From the NCBI GenBank assembly GCA_041690135.1, contig JAWLHY010000010.1, forward strand, positions 192,001 to 256,000: a DNA stretch of 64,000 nt, written 5' to 3'. Made by a program: the position numbers and the translations under genes. Of this stretch, positions 20,531 to 28,597 are shown piece after piece. The first letter of the stretch is position 1, and every line of letters starts with the position of its first letter. Origin of the DNA: Armatimonadota bacterium. Lineage in GTDB: Bacteria > Armatimonadota > SYMT01. Under the pieces are notes generated by a model, which saw only the letters and a list, made by a program, of their open reading frames with translations, was not told the origin of the DNA and ran no database searches.

Positions 20531-21027
20531 TGGGCATTCAGGCTTTCAGGAAAACGATCCGCGAATTGGGCGAACGGAGCGAATTGGGAAAAGGGTGCTC
20601 GGGCCCCTCTGCGGGAAGGAATGTGCGGGTAGTCAGGCGTTCAGGCTCCGCTGCAGGAGGTATACGTTAGGCTTTGGTGCCCCTGTAGCTCCATTGCGTG
20701 AGGCGCCCACTGTCACCGAGCACTTTCAATTGGGAGATGGATTTCCCACATAGAGGGGTTCCGCTGTCGCGAGAATTTCTCTGCGGCGGATATAGTTCGC
20801 ACTATCCTGTAACGCCTTCAGGGGCACGAGGCCTACATGGCTTCCCACAATTTCTCCCAGAGGCTCATTCACATAATATCGTCCTTTTGCGACCGAAGCC
20901 TGCCGCACCTGGCTGTGGACGAATGTCTTCGCCAGCGGCTGCCGTTGTCGCACCTCAGGACATCTTTGGCGAAACAAGACTCGCACCGCCACGTATAGGG
21001 TGTGGGTGGCCGAGATCACGATGGAAC

Positions 21028-21056
21028 TTGACCCGGCCCCGGGTCGCCGGTACGAT
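21028..21056 (+). promoter_or_regulatory. sigma70-type promoter
   Basis: TTGACC-N17-TACGAT, about 40 nt before ATG 21095. Confidence 0.65.
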
Positions 21057-21094
21057 TACCTGACCCATCCCGATTCGTTCGAAAGGCTTTCCGG

Positions 21095-22630
21095 ATGTCC
21101 CTTCCGTTTCGTCCCCTGCTGGCCGGCGCCCTTCTGGCGGCGGTCCCCCTGTTCCATCGCCCCACCGAGGCGCAATCCGTCCGCACCGAAGTCTTCAACC
21201 TGCGCCGCATCGTGGCGGGGCAGATGTGGGGCAGCGGCCAGTGGCTGGCTTTCTCCCAGGATGAAGACCTTAAGGACCTGAATGGCGACGGGGACGCAGA
21301 AGACAGCATCCTCTGCCTGGCGGACACCAAGGCGCTCCGCGTCTATGAGACGGGAATTGCCATCGATCCCGCGCTAATCGATGACGAGGAAGACTGGCCG
21401 GTGGCGATCGAAGGAGACGTTATCGTGGCCCAGATGTCCGAGCTGGATAACGGCAAGAAGGACCTGAACGGCAACGGCTTCGTCGGTGACGACGTGCTGG
21501 TGATGATCAACTCGACAAACCGGCAGGTCACGCCGATTGGCCTCTCCGGCGCCCGGCCCGTTGTGTCGGGGGGCAAAGTCTATTGCGCGCAGGCGGAAGA
21601 AGACGCGAAACGCGATTTGAATGGCGACGGGGACCAGCGAGACAGCGTGCTCGTGGTCTACGATCCGGCCACCCGGAAAGTGGAGAGCCTCGGCATGGAG
21701 TGCTCCGACCAGTTTCAGGTGACGGGCGACTGGATCGCCACCGCCACCTCGGAAGCCGCGCACTTCGGCAGGGATTTGAACGGGGATAACGATGCGGGCG
21801 ACGTCGTTTGCCAGGTCTACCAAATTTCGCAGAAAAAGTGGACCAATACCGCCCTGGAGTGCACCTTCGAGATGGTGCTGACGCCCAAACTGGTTGCGGT
21901 GGGTACCGCCGAGTCGCGCCAGGGCAACAAGGACCTAAACGGCGATAACGACATGGGGGACATCGTCTGCCAGGTCTGGGACCTAGCGCAGGCCCGGGCG
22001 TTCAACACCGGGCGGGACTGCTCCGTGGACCTGTCCGCCGATGGCAACGTGGTGGGCTTCATCTGCGCGGAGAACAACCAGGGTCGCACCGATCTGAATG
22101 GAAACAAGGTACCGGGAGATGAAGTCGCCCAAGCCTACGTACTCGGGGCTTCCGGACCCGTCAACATCGGCCGGGATGCTTCCGGAGGACTGATCACGGC
22201 AGGCGGTAAGATCGCTTTCGCCTGTTCGGAGACGATCCAGGGGAACCGCGACCTCAACAAGGATAAGGATGCCGACGACCTGGTGCTCCTCGTATATGAT
22301 CCGGTGAAGCATGCGGTCGCCAACCTGGGCTACGCCGTCGACGGAGTTCTGGTGGCCGAGGGAGACCTTCTTGCATTTCGGGTGGCGGAGATCGATCAGG
22401 GCGACCGCGACCTTAACCGCGACGGCGATCCCGACGACATGGTCCTCGCCGTCGCCCATCTGCCGACGAACTCCGTATCCATGACCGGCTATGCCGCTTC
22501 GGAGTACCTCCATGTGGCCGACGCCTGGATCAGCTTCGGCGTGCTGGAGATCGACCAGGGCGACCGCGACCTCAACGGGAACGGCAATCCCGACGACGAA
22601 GTTCTGCACCTAGCCCGGGTGAGGCGGTAG
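21095..22630 (+). CDS. secreted protein with nine DLNxDxD Ca-binding repeats (beta-propeller-like)
   Basis: Signal peptide; nine ~52-60 aa repeats centred on DLNGDGD variants. Confidence 0.88.
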   Translation: MSLPFRPLLAGALLAAVPLFHRPTEAQSVRTEVFNLRRIVAGQMWGSGQWLAFSQDEDLKDLNGDGDAEDSILCLADTKALRVYETGIAIDPALIDDEEDWPVAIEGDVIVAQMSELDNGKKDLNGNGFVGDDVLVMINSTNRQVTPIGLSGARPVVSGGKVYCAQAEEDAKRDLNGDGDQRDSVLVVYDPATRKVESLGMECSDQFQVTGDWIATATSEAAHFGRDLNGDNDAGDVVCQVYQISQKKWTNTALECTFEMVLTPKLVAVGTAESRQGNKDLNGDNDMGDIVCQVWDLAQARAFNTGRDCSVDLSADGNVVGFICAENNQGRTDLNGNKVPGDEVAQAYVLGASGPVNIGRDASGGLITAGGKIAFACSETIQGNRDLNKDKDADDLVLLVYDPVKHAVANLGYAVDGVLVAEGDLLAFRVAEIDQGDRDLNRDGDPDDMVLAVAHLPTNSVSMTGYAASEYLHVADAWISFGVLEIDQGDRDLNGNGNPDDEVLHLARVRR

Positions 22631-22660
22631 CAGGTACGGATTGACCGTTGGCCCATCAGG

Positions 22661-22816
22661 GTTGAAGGTTAGAAGGTTGAAAGTGGAAGGTTGGAACCCC
22701 GGAGGCCGGTAGCGGGTGCGGTTCGACCGGTGACCGGAGAAGGGCTGAAGGTTCAAAGGTTGAAGTCCCCCTCGCAAGGGACTTCAACCTTCCACTTTCA
22801 ACGTTGAACCTTTAAC
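22661..22816. repeat. AAGGTTGR-type octamer arrays in inverted orientation, between convergent genes
   Basis: 18-bp perfect inverted repeat 22676-22693/22785-22802 and 14-bp stem 22756-22769/22778-22791. Confidence 0.8.
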
Positions 22817-22839
22817 TGCGACCGAAGGTCTCGCCAGGG

Positions 22840-23082
22840 TCAGGGAGATACAAGGTCGCCTTCCAACGGCTCCACGTTTACTCCTCGCTCCTGTAGATAG
22901 CGGATCCCCTCTTCCAGGTTCTGCGGGTCGCCGTCCAGTTCCAGGGCGATCTCGCCGACGGTGTCGGTGACGCGGGCGCGCCGGATGTTCGGCATCACAT
23001 CAAACTGCCGGGCCATCTGAAACAACACCGGTTCCTGGATCAAGTCTTCCGGGTACTTCAACATCACCTTCCGTGTAGCCAT
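22840..23082 (-). CDS. stand-alone NIL domain protein
   Basis: LKYPEDLIQEPVLFQMARQFDVMPNIRRARV...GEIALELDG...GVNVEP matches the NIL pattern. Confidence 0.88.
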   Translation of the reverse strand: MATRKVMLKYPEDLIQEPVLFQMARQFDVMPNIRRARVTDTVGEIALELDGDPQNLEEGIRYLQERGVNVEPLEGDLVSP

Positions 23083-23124
23083 TCTTTCCCCTCCAATCGG
23101 ACCGGGCCGGAGCCCCAGGTGCTT

Positions 23125-23176
23125 AAACAAACGGGGAATGGAGGCCGCGGTTGCCCCGGCTGCGTCCATTCCCCGT
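23125..23176 (-). terminator. intrinsic terminator-like hairpin between the sulfur-carrier and NIL genes
   Basis: ACGGGGAATGGA/TCCATTCCCCGT stem followed by TTGTTT on the minus strand. Confidence 0.6.
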
Positions 23177-23215
23177 TCCCGTCGCTCTCGTCGGCAGGTC
23201 GCGCCTGCCTGCAAC

Positions 23216-23491
23216 TTAACCCCCGGCGATTGCCGGGATGATGGAGAGTTCGTCTCCGTCTTTAACCGCCGTTTCCTCGTTGTTCTGGAAGCGGATGTCT
23301 TCGTTGTTCACGTAGACGTTCACGAACCGGCGAAGGCGACCGCTGTCGTCGCATAACCGCTCCCGGATGCCCGGGAACTGGCTTTCGAGGCTGGCCACGA
23401 CTTCCGCAATCGTCGTGCCTTCGGCCTTGACTTCAGGGTTCCCGTTCGTGAGTTTCTGCAGCGGGGTGGGGACCAGAACCGTTACCGGCAT
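23216..23491 (-). CDS. MoaD/ThiS/CysO family sulfur-carrier protein
   Basis: MPVTVLVPTPL...RRFVNVYVNNEDIRF...IIPAIAGG with C-terminal GG. Confidence 0.93.
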   Translation of the reverse strand: MPVTVLVPTPLQKLTNGNPEVKAEGTTIAEVVASLESQFPGIRERLCDDSGRLRRFVNVYVNNEDIRFQNNEETAVKDGDELSIIPAIAGG

Positions 23492-23534
23492 TGCTGAAAG
23501 CTCCTTAACTCGGTGATCGTTTGGAAAAGAGGGA

Positions 23535-24785
23535 TCAGGCCTCGGCGCGGGGCAGGACCCGCTCTTCGAAGCTGGCCAGGGTCGGCGCGATCGTGGTCGG
23601 GGCGCCGATCCGATCCTTGACGGCCTCCAGGGTCTTGAGTCCATTGCCGGTGATGCACACAACCGTGCTCTCGTCCCGGTTGATGCGGCCCTGCTCGATC
23701 AGCTTCTTCGCCACGGCCAGGGTCGTACCGCCCGCCGTTTCGGTCCAGATGCCTTCTGTGGCCGCCAGCAATTGGATTGCTGCGATGATCTCGTCGTTGG
23801 AGGCCATCTCGCCCCAACCGCCGCTATCCCGCACGGCATGAGCAACGTAGGGACCATCCGCCGGGTTTCCGATCCGCAAAGACGTATCGACGCTTTCCGA
23901 AATCGGGCGCGGCTTCACCGGCCGGATGAGATCCGTGCCCTGGTGAATCGCTTGGATGACGGGCGCGCACGCTTCGGCCTGGGCCGCGAACACACGGGTG
24001 CGAACCTCCGGAATGATCTCGAGCTGCTGGAACTCCTGGAACGCCTTCCAGATTTTGGGCAGGATCGTACCGCCGGCCACCGGGCAGACCAGGTTGTCCG
24101 GTGCGCGCCACCCGAGCTGCTCCGCGATCTCGAAGCCATACGTCTTGGCGCCTTCGGTGTAATACGGCCGCATGTTGACGTTGACGAACGCCCACCGGTA
24201 CTTGCTGGCGATTTCGCTGCAGAGGCGGTTGACGTCGTCGTAGTTCCCCTCCACCGCCACCAGGTTGGGCTGGTAGATCAGCGAACCCACGACCTTGCCG
24301 GGCTCGAGATCGTGCGGAATAAAGATGAACCGCTGGAGACCGGCCTTGGCCCCGTGAGCGGAGACGGAATTGGCCAGGTTGCCAGTAGATGCGCAGCCGA
24401 CGGTATCGAAGCCCAGCTCCTTCGCCTTGGAGATCGCGACAGGCACGACCCGGTCCTTGTACGAAAGGGTTGGGAAGTTCACGCCGTCGTTCTTGATCCA
24501 GAGCTCGCGCACGCCCAGCACTCGCGCCAGGTTATCCGCCCGGACCAGGGGGGTGTAACCGGAAAGCAGCCCATCGGTGGGATCGCCGTCCAGGGGAAGG
24601 AGCTCCCGGTAGCGCCAGAGGTTGCGCGGGCGGGACATGATAACGTCCCGCGAGATCAGCCCGGAGATCCGCTCGTAGTCGTAAGCGACTTCCAGCGGCC
24701 CGAAGCAGAACTCGCAGACGTATGTTGCCTCCTTGGCATACTCCCGTCCACACTCCTTGCACTTAAGCCCCAGGACCAATGACAT
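23535..24785 (-). CDS. thrC: threonine synthase family PLP enzyme
   Basis: N-terminal CxxC/CxxC, LWRYRELLP, PTLSYKDR, CASTGNLANS, EGAKT, ITGNGLK. Confidence 0.85.
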   Translation of the reverse strand: MSLVLGLKCKECGREYAKEATYVCEFCFGPLEVAYDYERISGLISRDVIMSRPRNLWRYRELLPLDGDPTDGLLSGYTPLVRADNLARVLGVRELWIKNDGVNFPTLSYKDRVVPVAISKAKELGFDTVGCASTGNLANSVSAHGAKAGLQRFIFIPHDLEPGKVVGSLIYQPNLVAVEGNYDDVNRLCSEIASKYRWAFVNVNMRPYYTEGAKTYGFEIAEQLGWRAPDNLVCPVAGGTILPKIWKAFQEFQQLEIIPEVRTRVFAAQAEACAPVIQAIHQGTDLIRPVKPRPISESVDTSLRIGNPADGPYVAHAVRDSGGWGEMASNDEIIAAIQLLAATEGIWTETAGGTTLAVAKKLIEQGRINRDESTVVCITGNGLKTLEAVKDRIGAPTTIAPTLASFEERVLPRAEA

Positions 24786-25006
24786 TCACTACCTCCCATC
24801 GACGGAGACCGGCCGGGCCCCCGGTTTGTGCCCCATAACTGTATCAGCCGGGAAGCGATAAGCTCGCCCGGGCAGTCGGTAGGGAAAAGCCGGCACTGCG
24901 GCCATGAGCGGGGCGGGGCGCCCCCTCTGCCGGCCGCGTTTACCAGTCTATCACGATTTGCCGCAGCCACGGTAGGCATTCGGGGGCTATCCGGAAGGGG
25001 GAAATC

Positions 25007-26179
25007 TTGGCAGAAGACCTGCATCTCGAGACCATCTGCGCACAGGCCCGGGAAGACCCTCCCGGGGAGAACCGTCCCCTGGTAGCGCCGATCTACCAAT
25101 CGGCCGTCTGGGCTCTCGACTCCGTCGAACAGTGCGAGGCGGTCTACGGCGCGGAGGTCACTGGTTACATCTACACTCGCGACGCCAACCCGAACCACGC
25201 CGCCCTGGAAGAAACGATCGCTCTGCTGGAAGGGGCCGAGGAGGCCGTGGTGTTCGCCACCGGCATGGCCGCCCTGGCGGGGACCGTCACGGCCCTTTGC
25301 GGGACCGGCGGGAGGATCGTGGCCGCGCGCCAGCTCTACGGTGCCACTTGCCGCTTGCTGGCGCAGGAGGTCGCCCGCTTCGGGGTGGAGACCGCCTGGG
25401 TCGATGGTATGGACCTCGGCGAAGTCGAGGCGGCACTGTCGCCGCAGGCAGACTTACTGCTGGTGGAGACGGTAGCGAACCCCCTAACCCAGGTGGCCGA
25501 CCTCCCGCGTCTCGCGGAGCTGGCCCATGCCCATGGCGCCCGGCTGGTGGTGGACAACACCTTCTGCAGCCCCATCTGCTGCCGCCCGCTCGAGCTCGGA
25601 GCCGACGTCGTGCTGCACAGCGTCACCAAATTCCTGGGCGGGCACAGTGACCTGACCCTGGGAGCCGCGGCCGCCTCGGCGGAGGTGACCGCGGAGCTGC
25701 GGCGCCAGGCCCGCCTCTGGGGCGGCTCCGCCAACCCCTTCGAGAGCTGGCTCGCGCAGCGCGGCATTACCACGCTGCCGCTGCGGATGGAGCGCTCTTG
25801 CGCCAACGCGGCGGAGCTGGCCCGGCGTCTCGAAGCACATCCCCGAGTGCGGCAGGTGTACTACCCGGGCCTTGCCTCGCACCCGCAGCACGAGCTCGCT
25901 TCGCGCATCCTCTCCCACCCCGGCGCCATGCTGGCCTTCGAGGTCGCGGATGGCGAAAGGGCCCGGTCCGTGCTCCGCAATCTTCAACGGGTCCGGTTCG
26001 CCCCCAGCCTGGGCGATGTCGCGACCACGATCTCCTACCCCGTCGCCACCTCGCACCGGGGTCTACCGCCGGAGGAACTGGCACAGATCGGCATCCGCGA
26101 CGGTCTGCTGCGGCTGTCCGTAGGCATCGATCACGTGGAGGACATCTGGCGGGATCTCGACCGGAGCTTGTGTGCGTAG
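25007..26179 (+). CDS. Cys/Met metabolism PLP enzyme (cystathionine gamma-synthase/lyase family)
   Basis: YTRDANP, ATGMAA, ETVANP, VDNTF, HSVTKFLGGHSD, SLGDV and RLSVGI motifs. Confidence 0.92.
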   Translation: MAEDLHLETICAQAREDPPGENRPLVAPIYQSAVWALDSVEQCEAVYGAEVTGYIYTRDANPNHAALEETIALLEGAEEAVVFATGMAALAGTVTALCGTGGRIVAARQLYGATCRLLAQEVARFGVETAWVDGMDLGEVEAALSPQADLLLVETVANPLTQVADLPRLAELAHAHGARLVVDNTFCSPICCRPLELGADVVLHSVTKFLGGHSDLTLGAAAASAEVTAELRRQARLWGGSANPFESWLAQRGITTLPLRMERSCANAAELARRLEAHPRVRQVYYPGLASHPQHELASRILSHPGAMLAFEVADGERARSVLRNLQRVRFAPSLGDVATTISYPVATSHRGLPPEELAQIGIRDGLLRLSVGIDHVEDIWRDLDRSLCA

Positions 26180-26186
26180 GGGCCTT

Positions 26187-26225
26187 CACGGAGACACGAA
26201 GGCACGGAGAAGATCACGGAGAGAG
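26187..26225. repeat. degenerate CACGGAGA-type short tandem repeat
   Basis: cacggagacacgaaggcacggagaagatcacggagagag immediately after the stop codon. Confidence 0.65.
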
Positions 26226-26562
26226 AAACTGCAAGTATTTCCCGTCACCTGGTGATGCAGTGCGTGGATACGGATAAGCCACTGCTTCCTCGCCCATCGA
26301 TGTAGGGCGGGAGGCTCCGTCACCGCCAGGCAATGGTATTGTATCCGTCTTGCCGTGTGGGATGCCGCTCGCGCAAAGGGAGTGCAAGCCTGCAATGTGA
26401 ACGCCCCGCCCGTACCAGGTGGGACAGGAACCGTCAGGCTCTTCAGATAGTCGAAAGTGACGTATCCCGGCGCGAGGAGTTGGGTTACTGCACGAAATGG
26501 ATGCGAGCTCGAAGGGCTCTGCAAAGCAATCAGTGGCCCCTGAGGCCGGAGAGTGAAGGATT

Positions 26563-26862
26563 ATGGAATTCAGTAAGCTGTGGCTCGGCGGGGCGGGAGT
26601 GCTCGTGGGCGCCATTAGCGGCGCTTACATCAATGCGCAGCGTGCTGCGGCCGCCGCGAACAAGGCCGCGCAGGCCATGGGAGGCGAGGACGCCCTCATC
26701 GATGCGGCCCGCTCCGTGGGGACCAACTCCCTCGCCGCCGCCCTGAACGGCGCGATGACGGGCGCGATCATCGGCGCGGTCCTGGTCGCCGTCTACTTCT
26801 ACTTCACCAACCCCGACCGGGAGATGAAGGTCCGCAAGTACCAGACCGGCGACGATTTCTAG
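26563..26862 (+). CDS. small two-TM membrane protein
   Basis: 99 aa, high GC3, two Gly/Ala-rich hydrophobic helices, GAAGGA SD. Confidence 0.8.
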   Translation: MEFSKLWLGGAGVLVGAISGAYINAQRAAAAANKAAQAMGGEDALIDAARSVGTNSLAAALNGAMTGAIIGAVLVAVYFYFTNPDREMKVRKYQTGDDF

Positions 26863-26885
26863 CTCGTGCCGGAAAAGGACAATTG

Positions 26886-26920
26886 ACCGCAGAGACGCAG
26901 AGACGCAGAGGACGCGGAGA
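26886..26920. repeat. ACGCAGAG short tandem repeat
   Basis: accgcagagacgcagagacgcagaggacgcggaga. Confidence 0.7.
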
Positions 26921-26946
26921 GGATCGCGAAGGGAGAACAGACGGAA

Positions 26947-27318
26947 TTGTTCACCGCACTTTTCGCTTGCTTCGTGCTTCTTCTAGGTGCTTCGCCGGCC
27001 TGTGCGGAAGCGATGGATAAGATGCCCGTGGGACTGGATCTGTGGGCGCCCAGCCTGGCCTGGGGATTGGTCTGTTTGGTCGCCGGACGCATCCAGCCCT
27101 GGTTGGGTCTGCTGTTCCTGGCCCTCAGCCTCTCCGGGTCGTCCTGGGGGGTACTGGCGGATCTGCAGAGTGCCTCCATCGGACCGGCCCTTCGCCAGGA
27201 GGCCGGGACCGGCTTTGTCGCGCAGGCCGTAGCAGCATCGACGGTTGCGCCTGTGGCATGGGTGGTGGGCATCCGCTTCTGGCAGCGTCGCAGACGTGGT
27301 AGCACTTCCCAGGCATGA
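26947..27318 (+). CDS. hypothetical membrane protein
   Basis: 123 aa with signal-like N-terminus, hydrophobic helices and a basic tail; TTG start. Confidence 0.6.
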   Translation: MFTALFACFVLLLGASPACAEAMDKMPVGLDLWAPSLAWGLVCLVAGRIQPWLGLLFLALSLSGSSWGVLADLQSASIGPALRQEAGTGFVAQAVAASTVAPVAWVVGIRFWQRRRRGSTSQA

Positions 27319-27398
27319 GAGTTACCTCATGTGGGGTTGGGGTGCGCCCGGCCAGCACTCCGCCAAACGGAACGCACCCCTGAGTCTCATCCGCAAGT

Positions 27399-27430
27399 CC
27401 TAATCGTAATCCTCATCCTTATCTTAATCC
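27399..27430. repeat. TAATCC/TAATCG-type hexamer tandem repeat
   Basis: cctaatcgtaatcctcatccttatcttaatcc just downstream of the creatininase-family gene. Confidence 0.6.
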
Positions 27431-27438
27431 GCGAAGCA

Positions 27439-28197
27439 TCAGTCTCGCTCCGCCCAGGGGGTGCCCTCTTCGGCCAGGGCCTTGGCGGCGACGGTGATGC
27501 GACCGATCACGGCCTCCAGCATCGCTTGCCCCTGTTCCGGCGTCGCCAGGCTGGGATACCCCACAATGCCGCGGCGAGTGCGTCCCTGCATGTTCGTGGG
27601 CACATAGGCCGCGCCGATGCCCGGGCTAGTGGTCATGTGGCAATCTTCCGCCAGATGCATGCGGACGAGGTCCGGGCGGACCGCCAGCATCATGGCGGTT
27701 TCGGCTTCGCAGGCATGCCCTACCGCCTTCCGCGGCCCCTTCAGGTTCTCGGCGATCTCCTTGCCGGCGATCTCCCAATAGCTGGCCGCCATGAGTTCCG
27801 CGTCCGGGAAGCGTTCGTGGAGCTTGCGCAGGGCAATATGGTAGGTGTCGATGTTGCCGCCGTGACCGTTCAGGATAAAGACCTTTTTCCAGCCGTTCGC
27901 CAGGTACTGGGCCAGTGGGTGGACCATCAATTCCACGTGCTGCTCCAGGTCGGCGGTGAGGGTTCCGAAGAACGGCAGGTGGTGCGCGGAGGCGCCCAAC
28001 CACTGCGTGGGCAGGAGGAGCACCTGCTCCGGGAGATTGCTCTCCACGCCCTCCGCCACAGCGGTACAAAGCAGCGTGTCCACGTAGAACGGCAGGTGGG
28101 GCCCGTGCTGCTCGCAGGCGGCGTAGGGCGCCAGCACCACTGTCTTCGACCGGTCGACCTCGGCCATCTCCGGCCAGGTCATTTCAGCCAGCTTCAT
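27439..28197 (-). CDS. creatininase family amidohydrolase
   Basis: EMTWPE, EQHGPHLP, SAHH, NGHGGN, HACEAET motifs; start MKLAEM. Confidence 0.93.
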   Translation of the reverse strand: MKLAEMTWPEMAEVDRSKTVVLAPYAACEQHGPHLPFYVDTLLCTAVAEGVESNLPEQVLLLPTQWLGASAHHLPFFGTLTADLEQHVELMVHPLAQYLANGWKKVFILNGHGGNIDTYHIALRKLHERFPDAELMAASYWEIAGKEIAENLKGPRKAVGHACEAETAMMLAVRPDLVRMHLAEDCHMTTSPGIGAAYVPTNMQGRTRRGIVGYPSLATPEQGQAMLEAVIGRITVAAKALAEEGTPWAERD

Positions 28198-28418
28198 TCC
28201 AGAACTCCTGAAGGTAACAATTGCTTGAAGGTGAGCCGCTCCCCGCGGCGATGCCGTCCGGCGTCGGCCGCGGCGGATGGGTAACCGTTCCCGCCCGCCG
28301 CGCCTGCCTCCTTCCCTATGTGCGGAGGAAACGCCGGACATAAACGAAACGCGCGCCGACCGGTTCCCTCCCTGTCCCGGTCAGCTCCGGACCGGGGTCA
28401 GAATTTTCACGAAGGGGA

Positions 28419-28447
28419 TTGCACCCGCGCTAGGGCTGTGCTAATAT
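28419..28447 (+). promoter_or_regulatory. tRNA promoter
   Basis: TTGCAC-N17-TAATAT with TG extension. Confidence 0.75.
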
Positions 28448-28460
28448 ACGCGTGCACCGA

Positions 28461-28534
28461 GGCCCGTTCGTCTAGTGGTCCAGGACGCTTGGTTCTCAGC
28501 CAAGAGATCAGGGGTTCGAATCCCCTACGGGCTA
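28461..28534 (+). tRNA. tRNA-Glu (anticodon CTC), CCA not encoded
   Basis: Acceptor stem GGCCCGT/ACGGGCT; anticodon arm CTTGG-TTCTCAG-CCAAG; T-arm AGGGG-TTCGAAT-CCCCT. Confidence 0.96.
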
Positions 28535-28537
28535 TCT

Positions 28538-28576
28538 AAAACGACCCTTGCGCAAAACCTGCGGAAGGGTCGTTTT
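28538..28576. terminator. bidirectional intrinsic terminator after the tRNA
   Basis: AAAACGACCCTT...AAGGGTCGTTTT. Confidence 0.85.
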
Positions 28577-28597
28577 GGCTTAGCGCTGATGTTGACG

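Noticed and set aside
21260-22610. Regularly spaced DNA repeats suggesting CRISPR or DGR
   Set aside because: They are the in-frame DLNGDGD protein repeats; no cas or reverse transcriptase gene is in the window
24786-25006. Possible SAM or T-box riboswitch in the divergent sulfur-gene region
   Set aside because: No SAM-I core (ATC..GAG, GCAACC, GTGC) or T-box motif seen on either strand
26226-26560. Overlapping 112-137 aa ORFs and a possible riboswitch
   Set aside because: No consistent coding frame or recognisable RNA consensus; at most a gene remnant
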